A program made the translations under genes and the position numbers. From Octopus sinensis (lineage: Eukaryota), in NCBI RefSeq assembly GCF_006345805.1, contig NC_043008.1, positions 1,984,001-2,048,000 on the forward strand: a stretch of DNA of 64,000 bases, written 5' to 3'. Of this stretch, positions 27,839-40,767 are shown one piece after another. A model generated the notes under the pieces. The model was not told where the DNA came from. It searched no databases and saw only the letters and a list, made by a program, of their open reading frames with translations. Position 1 is the first letter of the stretch, and each line of letters starts with the position of its first letter.

Positions 27839-30734
27839 GTGTGTGTGTGTGTGTGCGTATATGTATGTATGTATCTCTATACATAACGTGTGGATGTGTT
27901 AATCATATTAACATATTTGATCTCATGAAACAAGTAAATGATTCCTATTTTCTTTGCCGCCAAATTTAAACTAATAACAAAATACTGCGATGAGCGTATT
28001 TGAGATATTTTAATTCAATTATTAATATTTTCTTATGGAATGTAATCATTTCACAAATAGTTTATTGTTACTTAACCTTATTTTCTAAATTTCATTTAGA
28101 ATGTCGTATTATCGTCCTAGAATAATTCTTTAAATATCTAAGTTTAACCAAATCCTATACTCATAACTTAAACGAAAGTTGTGAATCAAGAACATTTTAC
28201 TGTAGTCATGTTTTGGTGTAAATTCTATTTTTAATCTTATATTGCGCACTTCTAATGATATTTTATTTTCCATTTCATTTATTTAATTACGTAGTTATTT
28301 TCTACGGAGCCGAGAACCTATACATGAAATGTACATTTGTTTTCGGTTTGTTGGTTCCTTCGAAAGCTTATGGACATAAAAATTATGTTATTATGTTATA
28401 AGGGATTTCCCCAAATTTCTGCCTTTTAACTCACACTCAGTAAATATATTCTCGATATTAGCATCATATTTGAATGTAGTTCTAGAAATTATTACAAGTC
28501 TCTAAATTTCAGGAACAATAATATTCGAACCCCTCCTGAAAGTGACGGCATATTGACCACTTCCTATTTCAATACATCTCTTTTTTCCTCGAATATTTTC
28601 AGACTAATCAGGCGTATAGTAATTCCCGATCTTCTGAACTCACTAGGGTAAACCTTATAAGCACTAACCCAATGCTAATAAACACTACAGCTCTTATTCA
28701 AAACTTCCTGTTTCATTTGATAACATGAATGACGTTCCATCGACTAATGCGTGTCTGAGTTTGTGTGCGAGAGAGAGAGAGAGAGAGAGGGGGAGAGTGC
28801 ATGTGTAAACGTGTTGAGCGTGTACATGCACGTACTTGTGGTTCAAGTGTGCAACTGACGTGAATGAAACGGACAGAGAGAGAGAAAACAACAGGGAAAT
28901 ATATACTCTTCAAATCTGTGTAATCAATAGTTAATTTAGTGAAAGTGACTTTGTGGAACGCTATCGTAAATAGCAAAAAGAATAAAAGAAAAAAACAACC
29001 GGCTAATAAATTGCTAAATATTTACACTGGTCAGGTATGCGATATCAATCACCAAATACTTTTAATGACAAATTAGTAAACGAAGTTTCGGCGTCAATAT
29101 TTTAAACTTAAAACAGAAATTATATATTATATTATTAAAAAAGAAAAATTTAATTAGCTTAAGGAAAACATATCGCCCGCATACTGAATATTCATATTTA
29201 TAACTTAATTCTGACTTCGGATTTCCAATAAACAATCAGCGTGCTCTATATAAAAATTTAATAGAATAATGTTCCTTCTTTTTTAAATTTCAGCGTGAAG
29301 GCATTTTATAAAAAAGGTTATACTGTTTTCTTATCTTATCGTTGTTTTTGTAAAAAGAACTGGAAACAAATTGTGTATTTGTATAATTTTCAATTCCGTT
29401 TCGGCTTAATTAGTTAATGTTTCATTCAACAAACGGTTACTTAATTTCTCTGGACATACTCATAGTTTCAATAATTAATTAGCTGCCATGTGGTAGGCCG
29501 CTACTCTGATGTTTAATCATTGTCGACTATAAAATTGTATTTTTAATTAAAATCTAATAACTACAAATGTTGTTTTCCCTCTCCATGTCGCCAAGCAGTC
29601 TGAGTGTTGACATCGGTTAAAACTCCAAAAAACAAATCTTGAGCTAAGATTCTTAACACGCCGTATGTTTTTTTTTTTTAATGTTTGCAATGTGTTGCCT
29701 CTAACAAGAGAGGCTGTGTATTAGGTGATGCCAAACAAGCAACTCTCTGCAAGCTTTAATATTCACACTGTGATACATGTTACAAGAGAGCCAGTACGTC
29801 ACCTAAATCTCGCAAACTCTACCATATAATATTTTTCAAGCATAAGAGTAAACAATTAACCGAGATATTTATTTCTTTATCCGAATGTCCTGAAATTACA
29901 TTTGCAGGGCATAATTTTGTACCTGTTAAAGAGACGAATATGCCAGCATACGTGAGCTAATGATTCAAAGCACATATTTATATTGATACAAATGTTTTGG
30001 CCAAAATATTCTTACTCTATTCACAAGGAAAAATGTTTTTATGTGTTGAAGTGTAAGAATATTTCGTATCAACAAATCAGAAACCAAGATTTATAAGTAT
30101 CCATGAATGACACCTCGTTTCTTTTACACAAACCATAGAACAATTGTTAAAGACAACACAATAAATTGACCTTTCTATCACAATCGACTCAAATAACATT
30201 CTATTATTCTAGCAATTATAATAATAAGGGACAATCACATTATCAGGCATAAGAGAATATTTATAACGCGACACAAGGATGTTTAGCGAGGAAATATTTG
30301 ATACAAAAAGAAATTATGTGCACTCATGAGGGTACTGCAATACATTGCTTGCACAAGAAAATAGATTATCAATATTAGTTTCCTAAAATAATCACAAGTA
30401 GTATGGTAAGGATATAGTAGATATTAATATCTAAGATATAGAGCTGTCGCTAGGGATCTAGTTCCCAGCTGTTCCTATTTACATGGTAACGAACTGTGAT
30501 GAATATTTACTTTTTGAATAGCCTTGCACTAATGTTTGACTCTTACGTACTTTTCACTTCTAGGGCTCCTTCAAAATATTCGCTCGAGATTTGCTACATT
30601 AACGATGATAAGCGTAAATTATTAATCGTATTTTTCAGTTACGACCTCAAATACATTTGATAACAATATTAATTGGAGAAAAAATTACTCTACGAAACTC
30701 TTAACAGTGTTCCGGTGCCAGCCATCTGAATCAG

Positions 30735-31080
30735 TTACACGGTGGCATACAAGTTTGTTGAGTTCGATCTGATACTTCTGAGTGGAATTCGTAGATGCAA
30801 ACTGAACAAAGCCCGCCGTATATACATAAATATATGTCGTTTGGTGTGTTTGTCATTTTGCTTACTTGCCCCCCCCCCCTCACCACCACCACCGCTTGAC
30901 AAATGGTGTTGGTATGTTTGCATAGCCGTAACGTAATGGTTCGAAGAAAATAACCAGCAGAAAAATGAATAATAACTTATACAAAAGGAATAAGTACTGG
31001 TGTGGACTCGTTCAACTAGAATTCTAGAATGAAGTGCCCACTCATGGCCGCAGTCTCTTCACCGAGAAAAGTAAATGAGA
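30735..31080 (+). mobile_element. SINE family A, old diverged copy
   Basis: gtgagtgga-like core, aaactgaacaaagcccgccgtata, cgcttgacaaatggtgttgg, catggccgcagtc tail. Confidence 0.7.
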
Positions 31081-31239
31081 AAAGGCAATTGAAAATTATA
31101 ATATACATAGGAATAGGGTAACATACATAGAGAAAAGGGGTCTCTACTCCCAGTTTAATTGTTGCATCCAGAAGAACTCATTAGATATTAACATGAAATC
31201 TTCCATACTAATACATAGATAAATAGGTATACTATATAT

Positions 31240-31349
<110 letters not shown>

Positions 31350-31373
31350 TATACCGGTGCAGGGTTTGCAGGT

Positions 31374-31434
<61 letters not shown>

Positions 31435-32556
31435 CACCACACACACACACACACAGGCACCCATATATATATATATAAATCAGTTTGTGTGCGCGTGTTT
31501 CTGTATCTTTTGAAAACAAAAAAGCTAAGCACCTAATAAAATCTACGCATTTGAATGTGGAAAGTCAGTCGCAAGATATTGTTTCTAATTATCATCTATA
31601 AAACCGTAAATTCTAGTAGCACCATCATCATTGACATCAGCATCAGTAGGAGCTGGAGTAGGAGTTGTAGCGGCAGCAGCATCTATCTTAACTGTTGCAG
31701 TGAGAGGTCAGTATCCTGACTGACTCTCATCTTACTGAGTCATCAATATAATAATCAATATTTCTTTTATTGGTTTAGATGATAACCATCATAATGTCAA
31801 TTGCTACATTTCACACCGGCATCACCATTGTTTTCGCCACAACGCCACCCCGCCGGCTTAAACTTGCTCCAATCTTTCAATATCTTTTACTTTGCCATCA
31901 AGAACATGATCCCACTTTTGAAGTGGACGACCACCGTCATCTACTCTACCTGAACAACTGCCATCAACGTCGTTGCCAGTGTCCTCCTCCTCATTAGCAT
32001 CGTATGAAGAATGAATAAAAGAGCATCATCATCACCATCAACATCGGCCGTGTTTTTGTTTTATGGTTTCTGAGTCAATTGCCATCATTAATTACTGAAA
32101 AGAGACAAAAGATCAAGTTACGGAAATATAATCGTATCAACAGCAACATCATATCAATGCTACAATCCGAACTAAATATAATATGAAAATGACTTGATCA
32201 CAATGATACATATTTAAAATAACGTCATTGTATATGACAAGCTGATGAATACGCTCAGGTGTTATTGCATCCCCTTGCAAGAGGAAGCAGCTATAATTGA
32301 AGCTCTATTCGCAACAAAAGACCGAGCGGTTAAACTGGCGATGCTGCAATTTGTATGACGTTATCCTTTTTACATTCAAATAACAGTGTTCCAAGCGCTC
32401 GGGTATACACCCGTGGATTCAACAAAAACATCTGCATCACATTAACGAAGTTATCGTATAGTTTCATATATCTTCTATATCATATTTTTATTATTTATTT
32501 TTGGATTTTGGATTTGGTTTGCAAGATTCTTTATATGAGTTCGTGTGTTGAAGCAT

Positions 32557-32802
32557 ATTCTGTTGTGTCTGGGGAGAGTCATTTTCTTTTTGTGCTTTAT
32601 TATGTAACACACTGACCGGTAATATTTCCACATTCTTTTTTTTGTTATTTTAACGGACAGAGCCAAAACTATTGAAAAGGTTGCAAGACGCAACGAACAT
32701 TTTAGGAAATTAGAAAATTAGAAATAAGTGGAAATTTTATCGGTGAGTGTGTTACATTATAAAGCACAAAAAGAAAATTACTCTCCCGAGACACAACAGA
32801 AT
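32557..32802. mobile_element. MITE-like fold-back with 75-bp inverted arms
   Basis: 32557-32631 is the reverse complement of 32728-32802 with about 6 mismatches; spacer about 96 bp. Confidence 0.75.
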
Positions 32803-33837
32803 TATTATTTATTTTTAAATTGATAATATATATTTTCGTAGTAAATTTCAAATGGAATGGAAGAAGTCAAAGTCTCAGCTGTGAAGTGGAGTCACGTTGT
32901 TCTTTGTGGGGGGGGGTATTATTTTCCTGTTATGATTCTGCTTACGAATGATATGTTGATAATAACATATATATGTGACGATGGAAACAATTGTCATTTT
33001 CTCTATATGCCTATACATACATTCAATATTACTTACACGGATATATTGGTATGTGTGTGTGTGTGAGTGTGTGAGTGTGTGCACATGTATGTATATGTTA
33101 AAATGAACTAGATGCAAGGAGATAATCCACCTAGGACTAGCTCCCTTGCATTAAATATTATAAATGGCACTAATAAAGATATCTCTCTGCTATATTTACA
33201 CAGACAATATCTGTTATAACAAAACAGTTAATTCCAAGGAACCAAAATTTCAGCGTCTGTATACTTTATCGAAACATGGGTAGTCATATATAGCTGATCA
33301 ATCAGTTTGGCAAGAAATGGTGTACAATTCACAAATGCTGTGCTGCGTGCTGAGCAAGAGTTATATGAAGTTAATATAGGAAGGAGTATTCATGGATTAG
33401 TATAGTATAGGCTTACATACATATATACATACGTAATCATATACGTACATATACATGACCGTGATTACACGCATAGACACACACGCACGCGCACAAACAT
33501 TTCGGCATGTTTATCCAGAGAATTTACGAGATGTATGTATTTCAAATGTAAATAGAAAAGGATTACCGATATATGGTTAAACTTTTCAGTAATTTTCTGG
33601 CGGTTTCGCCCTGCAGCTAAGTATGTGAACCCTGTATATAAAAAACTCATGACAAATTTCAGTTTCTGCAAAGACGTTTACTCTGACGCATATATAAAAA
33701 TGAGAGTGAACCAGAGGCGAAATGAAGGAATATATTGAGAAGAATATTAGCCGTATAAATCAGGCCACATGAATCATGTACACATACACACACATGTTCG
33801 CGCGTGCACGCACACACACAAATATATATATATATAT

Positions 33838-33890
<53 letters not shown>

Positions 33891-33976
33891 GTATAGATAT
33901 ATAGATAGATATACATACATATATGTATTTGTATATATATAATATATATATATGTGTGTGTGTGTATATATATATA

Positions 33977-34370
33977 GGCGCAGTAGTGGCTGTGTGGTAA
34001 GTAGCTTGCTTACCAACCACATGGTTCCGGGTTCAGTCCCACTGCGTGGCACCTTGGGCAAGTGTCTTCTACTATAGCCTCGGGCCGACCAAACCTTGTG
34101 AGTGGATTTGGTAGACGGAAACTAAAAGAAGCCCGTCGTATATATGTATATATATATGTGTATGTGTGTATGTTTGTGCGTCTGTGTTTGTCCCCCCTAG
34201 CATTGACAAACGATGCTGGTGTGTTTATGTCTCCGTCACTTAGTGGTTCGGCAAAAGAGACTGATAGAGTAAGTACTGGGCTTACAAAGAATAAGTCCCG
34301 GGGTCGAGTTGCTCGACTAAAGGCGGTGCTCCAGCATGGCCGCAGTCAACTAACTGAAACAAGTAAAAGT
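33977..34370 (+). mobile_element. SINE family A, best-preserved full-length copy (tRNA head, CORE-like ccttgggcaagt, internal microsatellite, LINE-like tail)
   Basis: A-box TGGCTGTGTGG, B-box GGTTCAGTCCC, bipartite body and 3' tail gtgctccagcatggccgcagtc..actgaaacaagtaaaag. Confidence 0.9.
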
Positions 34371-34455
34371 GTAAATGAGTAAAAGATATATATATATATA
34401 GTGAGAGAGAGAGAGTGAGAGAGAGAGAAAGAGAGAGAGAGAGACAGAGAGAGAG

Positions 34456-34490
<35 letters not shown>

Positions 34491-34747
34491 AACATGCATA
34501 TATATATATATATATGTGTGTTTTGAATAGATAGACAGCCAGACATGTAGACATGTAGATGCGTGTGTGTGTATTGTATTGAAGGAACTGAACTAATTAC
34601 AGCTCACCAAAAGAGAAATTAAGCACAGCATCAAAAGTTCTCAAGCGGTGCTGAGAAACAAACACAAATACAAGGATACAGATACACAAGCACACACTCA
34701 TGCGCGCACGTACACACACCATCACACAAATTCACACACATGTATAC

Positions 34748-34912
34748 GACGAGCTTCTTTCAGTTTCTTTCCATCTACCAAATGTACTGCCCTGGTTTTG
34801 GTGCTCCGAAGCCATAGTAGAAACCACTTTAGCAAGATACCACGCAGTGGGACCTTATCCAGTACCTTGCGGTTGGGCAATAAACTTCCTAGCACTCAGC
34901 CATACTTGTGCC
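34748..34912 (-). mobile_element. SINE family A, 5' half, diverged
   Basis: gacgagcttctttcagtttc..tctaccaaat..atagtagaa..cacgcagtgggac is the reverse complement of the family A head. Confidence 0.7.
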
Positions 34913-35082
34913 AAGTTAAGAACTCATAAATACACTAACATTTGGTCTGTGTGAGTTAGAGAAAAACCAAACTAACATTACTTAACGTGTCTATTAAACT
35001 ACTGTAAGTCTGTACAGGTTTATATATTTCGATTCGTTAACATTACTACTAGTTTATACAAATACCTACATTCATATATATA

Positions 35083-35197
<115 letters not shown>

Positions 35198-35705
35198 ATA
35201 GAGCCATATGTGCTATAAGATAATATTCTGTGGGTCTAAAGCAATTAGATCATGTGAGATGTCAGCTAACACTCCTTAGAAAACGATTTGTCATATAAGA
35301 ACAAATTGGCCGTGTTTATGTCAATGGTAAATGCTCATAATAAATTATAATCATTAAACCAATGATATATAGTTACATAAATATATTTGGTTATTTCGTT
35401 TGACATGCGGAATTTAGTGAGAAGTTATTCTCGTAACGAGTACACAACTTAAAATATGAAACAGTTTACTTATAATTACATTATGGTTTAGAAGAAATAT
35501 ATGTTGTTGAAAAATTTGATCTGAAGAAAAGGATTTTATTTATGGGAACATTTTAAGGATATCGTTATGCTGTTCAAAATAGACAGGTTGAATTTGGTTG
35601 TTCGTCGTACTTTATAAGTGTACCATTTGTATGTTAATGAACAGATTTCAGTAAACCCAGCATGTGTACGTATAAATGTGCACCATTCTATCTATCTATC
35701 TATCT

Positions 35706-35792
<87 letters not shown>

Positions 35793-35923
35793 GAAATGAA
35801 AGAATGGAGTCGAACGAAGATGTTAACGAAATTCCTATACTCTCGACCTATGTTTCGGTTAAACGAATGTTCGGTTAAACGAATTTTCCATGCTGACGAT
35901 AAACATAGGATAATTCATTCACC

Positions 35924-35959
<36 letters not shown>

Positions 35960-35967
<8 letters not shown>

Positions 35968-36025
35968 TATATAGATAGATAGATAGATAGATAGAAGATA
36001 GATAGATAGATAGATATATATATAT

Positions 36026-36074
<49 letters not shown>

Positions 36075-36076
36075 GG

Positions 36077-36137
<61 letters not shown>

Positions 36138-36140
36138 TTA
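35960..36140. repeat. (AGAT)n microsatellite
   Basis: Directly visible. Confidence 0.95.
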
Positions 36141-36931
36141 GAGAGAGATATATAGACATCTGCCTGTCTGTCTATCTAGTTATTTGTATATGTTTAAATC
36201 TATATATATATGTGTGCGCACGTATTTGCGTGCGATTCTGTATGTGTATGTGTATGCGTGTGTGCGTGTGCGTGTGGGTGTGTGTGTATGTCGGTATATT
36301 TTTGACGTCTAAAAATATAAATATTGGACTGAACCTGCAATTATTCAATTTTGGAACCGTAGATCTCGGAGCACGTAGACCTAGAATTACTTCTAATCAT
36401 ATCATGGCCTCACAGAAACCATTTTTAATGAAATATAACTTAAAACACTAAATCGATCGAAATGTGACCCTCAAAATATTTTGTACGTTCATATTTGTTT
36501 TCATTTGAAATAAAACAAACGTGACCAACATTACTTTTCATCAATAATATTTCATCTGTTTCCTGTTCTCCTATTATTTACTCCCATTCTATATAATACC
36601 AATACCCTTCTTGGAGTTTAGTCGCCAAAGATATGTGTCAATAATTTCTACATTGAACAAGCCGTACTGCGACAATGTAGAAAAATCTTTATAGAGGATC
36701 ATTATAGAATATTCCATTAGCCATGAATGTGTTTAAACCATTATATAAGAATAGAATGTTATGTTCCTGTAAATTTTGTCGCTTCCATTTTAATAGAAAT
36801 ATTAATACAAAGATAGATAATACGGGGAAATTATTTTCTCCACTGCAATTGAAGCGATATGTGTGGAGTTGTACAGAACATCTTGTGGCCTCTTTTTACA
36901 TATAGGTTAAACTAAATACTTAGGAATATTT

Positions 36932-37013
<82 letters not shown>

Positions 37014-38472
37014 TAAAGATGAATCTACTCATGCAATCAAATCTGAAAAATTTGAAACATATCGAAAGAGGGAATTGATGCTTATAACATGGACGAAAAT
37101 ACTTCAAGGCATACGAACATGAGGAATATGCTGGAATGATTTCAAATTCAGTTGCATTAGCCATATTAATACTTCCTCATCAGAACCTTTAAAAGAATTG
37201 TTGAAGAACTAGAGTAGGAAATGTGAATTACTTAGGTGAGAGGTCACGATGATGAACTTCATAATAGATACTTCAAATAGACTATGGAAACAACCTCGTT
37301 TCAAGGCAAAAATCGAAGCTATCGATAGTGAAATTCATGATGTAATCTCAAAAATGATTATTTGCAATATCGCTGAGCAAATGAGAGAAATAGGGTTTAG
37401 GGATATTTCAAATGATGAAAAGAAATCAAGATATCTATAGCAGCGGAAGCAATTGTTTCGCGATCAATATGCTGCAAATTACAATAATGAAAATATAAGG
37501 CAACACAAGCAGCCGTTTCGCATTGAATTTATGATAAATTACAGTAAGAATTCTTTGCTTTCCGAAAATATAAAAGAAAACACACATGGATACTCCTAAA
37601 ATGCACCAAATACTTAATCAGAACGGACATACCTCTGATCAAAATATTAAAGAAAGTAGAACTAGAAAGCGATCATTCTTAAGAATCCAACAAATATTAC
37701 CAATAAATAACAGGATAAAAGGCAATTTTTGATCCCAAATAAACACAGATTTTTTTCCTCCACTACTTAAAGAGCGTATTAAAGATAAATATAGTGTACT
37801 CAGTACCAAAAACAAGAGGAAAATCACAGTGACACAAGCTGAAACAGGATTAATAACACCCAACCCACGAAAGTAAATGTTATTTTGGATTAAACCACAA
37901 TAGAGTTGGGGTTTACACACAAATATGCATATTTGTACGTGTGTGTGTATACATATAGATGTATTTTTGTTTGTTATATAGACAGTACAATTGCTCAGAT
38001 TGACAATATATATATTAAAAAGGAGAATTCATGTAAGTTCAGCAATTGAGAATAATAAGACAATACAATATATACTTAGTTATAAAACCAGTCTATTGGA
38101 ACATATTTGAATTTATTTAATTTATCTCTCATTAAAATAGTTAAAGATACTAAAAATTTACAGATACATGAATATATAAAAATATGATAGACACATATAT
38201 GCGTACAAAAACTAAACTGATGTATGGAAATATGTTAGAATATTAAAAAATACATATTGATGAGTTCGTCCGCCTTAGAGATGAAAAAAATTGATAAAAA
38301 TGTATTAAAATATATTAAAAATAAAAGTGTATATCCTCGCATTCCAACTTTAGACACTGCCTTCTTCATCAGGGAGAATGTATTAGTTAAGGATTCACAT
38401 CTCATACACTGTCATATTGAGTAAATGAGTTTTCGGTTTAGGAAAAGCTACCCATGTTTGCAGGAAGAACCA

Positions 38473-38657
38473 ATAATCTTTTCTACTCTAAGCACAAGGC
38501 CCGAACTTTTGGGGAGGGGGGAAGTACCCCAGAACACAACTGGTCGACCCCAAAAGGATGAAATGTGAAGTCGACATCGGCGGAATTTAAACAGAGAACA
38601 TAGCGCCAGACGAAATACCGCTAAGTATTTCGCTCGGCGTTCTAACGTTTCTGACAA
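38473..38657 (-). mobile_element. SINE family B
   Basis: gcacaaggcccgaa..ggggaggggg..gaagtcgacatcggcggaattt..gacgaaataccgctaagtatttcgc. Confidence 0.8.
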
Positions 38658-38660
38658 ATA

Positions 38661-38800
38661 TATTTTTTTACTACCCACAATGGGCTAAACACAGAGGGGA
38701 CAACCAAGGACAGACGAACGGATTAAGTCGATTACATCGATCCCAGTGCGTGACTGGTACTCAATTTATCGACCCCGAAAGGATGAAAGGCAAAGTTGAC
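38661..38800 (-). mobile_element. SINE family B variant with an alternative 3' tail (5'-truncated)
   Basis: Shares atcgatcccagtgcgtgactggtactcaatttatcgaccccgaaaggatgaaaggcaaagt with family B but carries a different tail (gggctaaacacagaggggacaa). Confidence 0.7.
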
Positions 38801-39553
38801 AAATAGCCGACTTAAAGTAATAAATATTATAGCAGGAATTGTGGAAAGTAAAATTAGTATAGCAGATTATAAGCAATGAATTATTCACTAAGAGAAAGCT
38901 GAGGAGAGTTGTGAGCATAAATATTTGCTTGAAGGTAGCTAATTATAACGTTCAATGATCAATCTATCCAGACTGATCGAAATGTTTAGATATTGAATGG
39001 TATATATGGTAACAAAGAGAACTTATTCAATAATGAAGAGTTGTATCGGCGGAGAATCTTTATAGATTTTTAATACATAGTTTACATACGCACCTTGAAT
39101 ATTTCTCTTCTCACAAATAAAACGATATTTTCCCAATATCTGCGGTGGTCACTATAGAAGCAATGTACGTTACGCTAATAAATATTAATCCTAACATTGA
39201 ACAACATGGAAATCCTTGATAAAACTCTTTAAATTTAATAATGTAAATATTTTACTTGAAATGGCTAATAATGTAGCCTGCTCTTTCGAGTTACTCTTAA
39301 TCTTAATGCTAAACGTCGCTATCCATATAGGAACCCAATCAAAACTTCACTACTACTTAAATACTCTCTCTAGTCATCCTAGATCAACCCTCATAACATG
39401 GTAACGACCATTTCTACAAGAATTTGAGACTTATCGGTTAATGTGGAGATATTCAACACCTATGCCCCATACTACGATATAAATATATATATAAATTAGC
39501 CGATAATAAGTTTCAAATAAGTTTTACAGTTTGCAAAGTAAATGTTCTATATA

Positions 39554-39620
<67 letters not shown>

Positions 39621-39701
39621 CAATTGCAGCGTGGAAGGTGTTTGTAAGCCATTTAAGAAACACACAAAAGCCGTTCGATTCACTTCAACATTTAAGTTTA
39701 A

Positions 39702-39751
39702 TTTGTCAAAATATTTTCGTCGCTAAAATCCGCGACCTGTTCACTGACAAA
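39702..39751 (-). ncRNA. Minimal type I hammerhead ribozyme fold, G3-C8 core variant
   Basis: UUUGUCA | GUGAACA (G3 U4 G5 A6 A7 C8 A9) | G | GUCGC ggauuuua GCGAC | GAA | AAUAUU | U^ | UGACAAA. This gives a 7-bp stem I, a 5-bp stem II and a palindromic stem III. Confidence 0.65.
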
Positions 39752-39773
39752 AATCCGAGATGCAGCACGGACT

Positions 39774-39823
39774 TTTGTCTGTGAACAGGTCGCGGATTTT
39801 AGCGACGAAAATATTTTGACAAA
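39774..39823 (+). ncRNA. Second copy of the G3-C8 hammerhead fold (closing pair of stem I is a U-U mismatch)
   Basis: tttgtct GTGAACA G GTCGC ggatttta GCGAC GAA AATATT T TGACAAA. Confidence 0.55.
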
Positions 39824-40013
39824 TTAAACTTAAATGTTGAAGTGAATCAAACGGCTTTTGTGTGTTTCTTAAATGACTTACAAACACCTTCCACGCTGCA
39901 ATTGTTTTCGTTCCAGCACACGATCTCAGATCAAATCACTGTCTATGCAAGTACATCTACGTAATATAAATATATGTATAGATATAGATAGATAGATATG
40001 CATATACATACAT

Positions 40014-40104
<91 letters not shown>

Positions 40105-40215
40105 TATTGATATAGCTATATATATAGTTGACGTTTACAGAAAAACAAAAGACAACGACTAGTGTATAAACAGCAAACAGATGTAACAGTTTAACGCTCG
40201 GGAAGGTGAGAAAAT

Positions 40216-40251
40216 CTTTTACGTTTCAAGCCCACGCTCTTCAACAGAAAG
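40216..40251 (-). ncRNA. Hammerhead-like fold with A6->U core change, inside a Penelope-like tail fragment (about 40120-40300)
   Basis: CUUU | CUGUUGA | A | GAGC gugg GCUU | GAA | ACGU | A^ | AAAG. Confidence 0.45.
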
Positions 40252-40387
40252 GAACACGAATAACTAAACAGAGAAATATGATAAGCAGCAATAAAATAGA
40301 GAGTATATAGATATGAATTAAGTCATTAAAATATAGTTAGTTAAAATACCTGCAATTGTTTCAATTTTACTCAATATTAATTACTCT

Positions 40388-40767
40388 TTTACTCTTTTAT
40401 TTGTTTCAGTCATTTGACTGCGACCGTGCTGGAACACCGACTTTAGTCGAACGAATAGACCCTAGAAATTATTCTTTGTAAGCCTAGTATTTTTATTTTC
40501 AGTTTCGTTTGCCGAATCACTAATTTAATGAGGCGTAGACACACCAGAATCGATGGTGGGGGTGGACAAACACAGACACACAAATCTATACACATATATA
40601 CGTATATATATATATATATACGAAGGGCGTCTTTCAGTTTCCGTCTACCAAATCCACGAACAAGTATTTGGTCGGCCCGAGGCTATAGTTGGAAACACTT
40701 GCCCAAGGTGCCAGTGAGTGGGACTGAACCCGGAACTATGTAGTCGGTAAGCCAGCTACTTCCCACA
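40388..40767 (-). mobile_element. SINE family A, near full length
   Basis: ttgtttcagtcatttgactgcgaccgtgctggaacaccg ... cacttgcccaaggtgcc..gtgggactgaacccggaac. Confidence 0.85.

Larger units (their letters stand above)
39619..39906. repeat. 288-bp near-perfect palindrome (139-bp arms, 10-nt spacer), probably head-to-head Penelope-like element termini
   Basis: 39619-39757 is the reverse complement of 39768-39906 with 4 mismatches; it abuts (TA)n on the left. Confidence 0.95.

Noticed and set aside
33977-34050. tRNA gene
   Set aside because: The A/B boxes belong to a SINE head; there is no complete cloverleaf.
35840-35915. gtttcgg / ctgacga motifs suggesting a hammerhead
   Set aside because: The motifs are on incompatible strands or in the wrong order; only a 15-bp direct repeat and a 9-bp inverted repeat are real.
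37000-37560. Coding-like tract around ORF 37249-37440
   Set aside because: It has multiple stops and no motif.
38340-38380. CTGATGA on the minus strand
   Set aside because: There is no stem II-GAAA in register.
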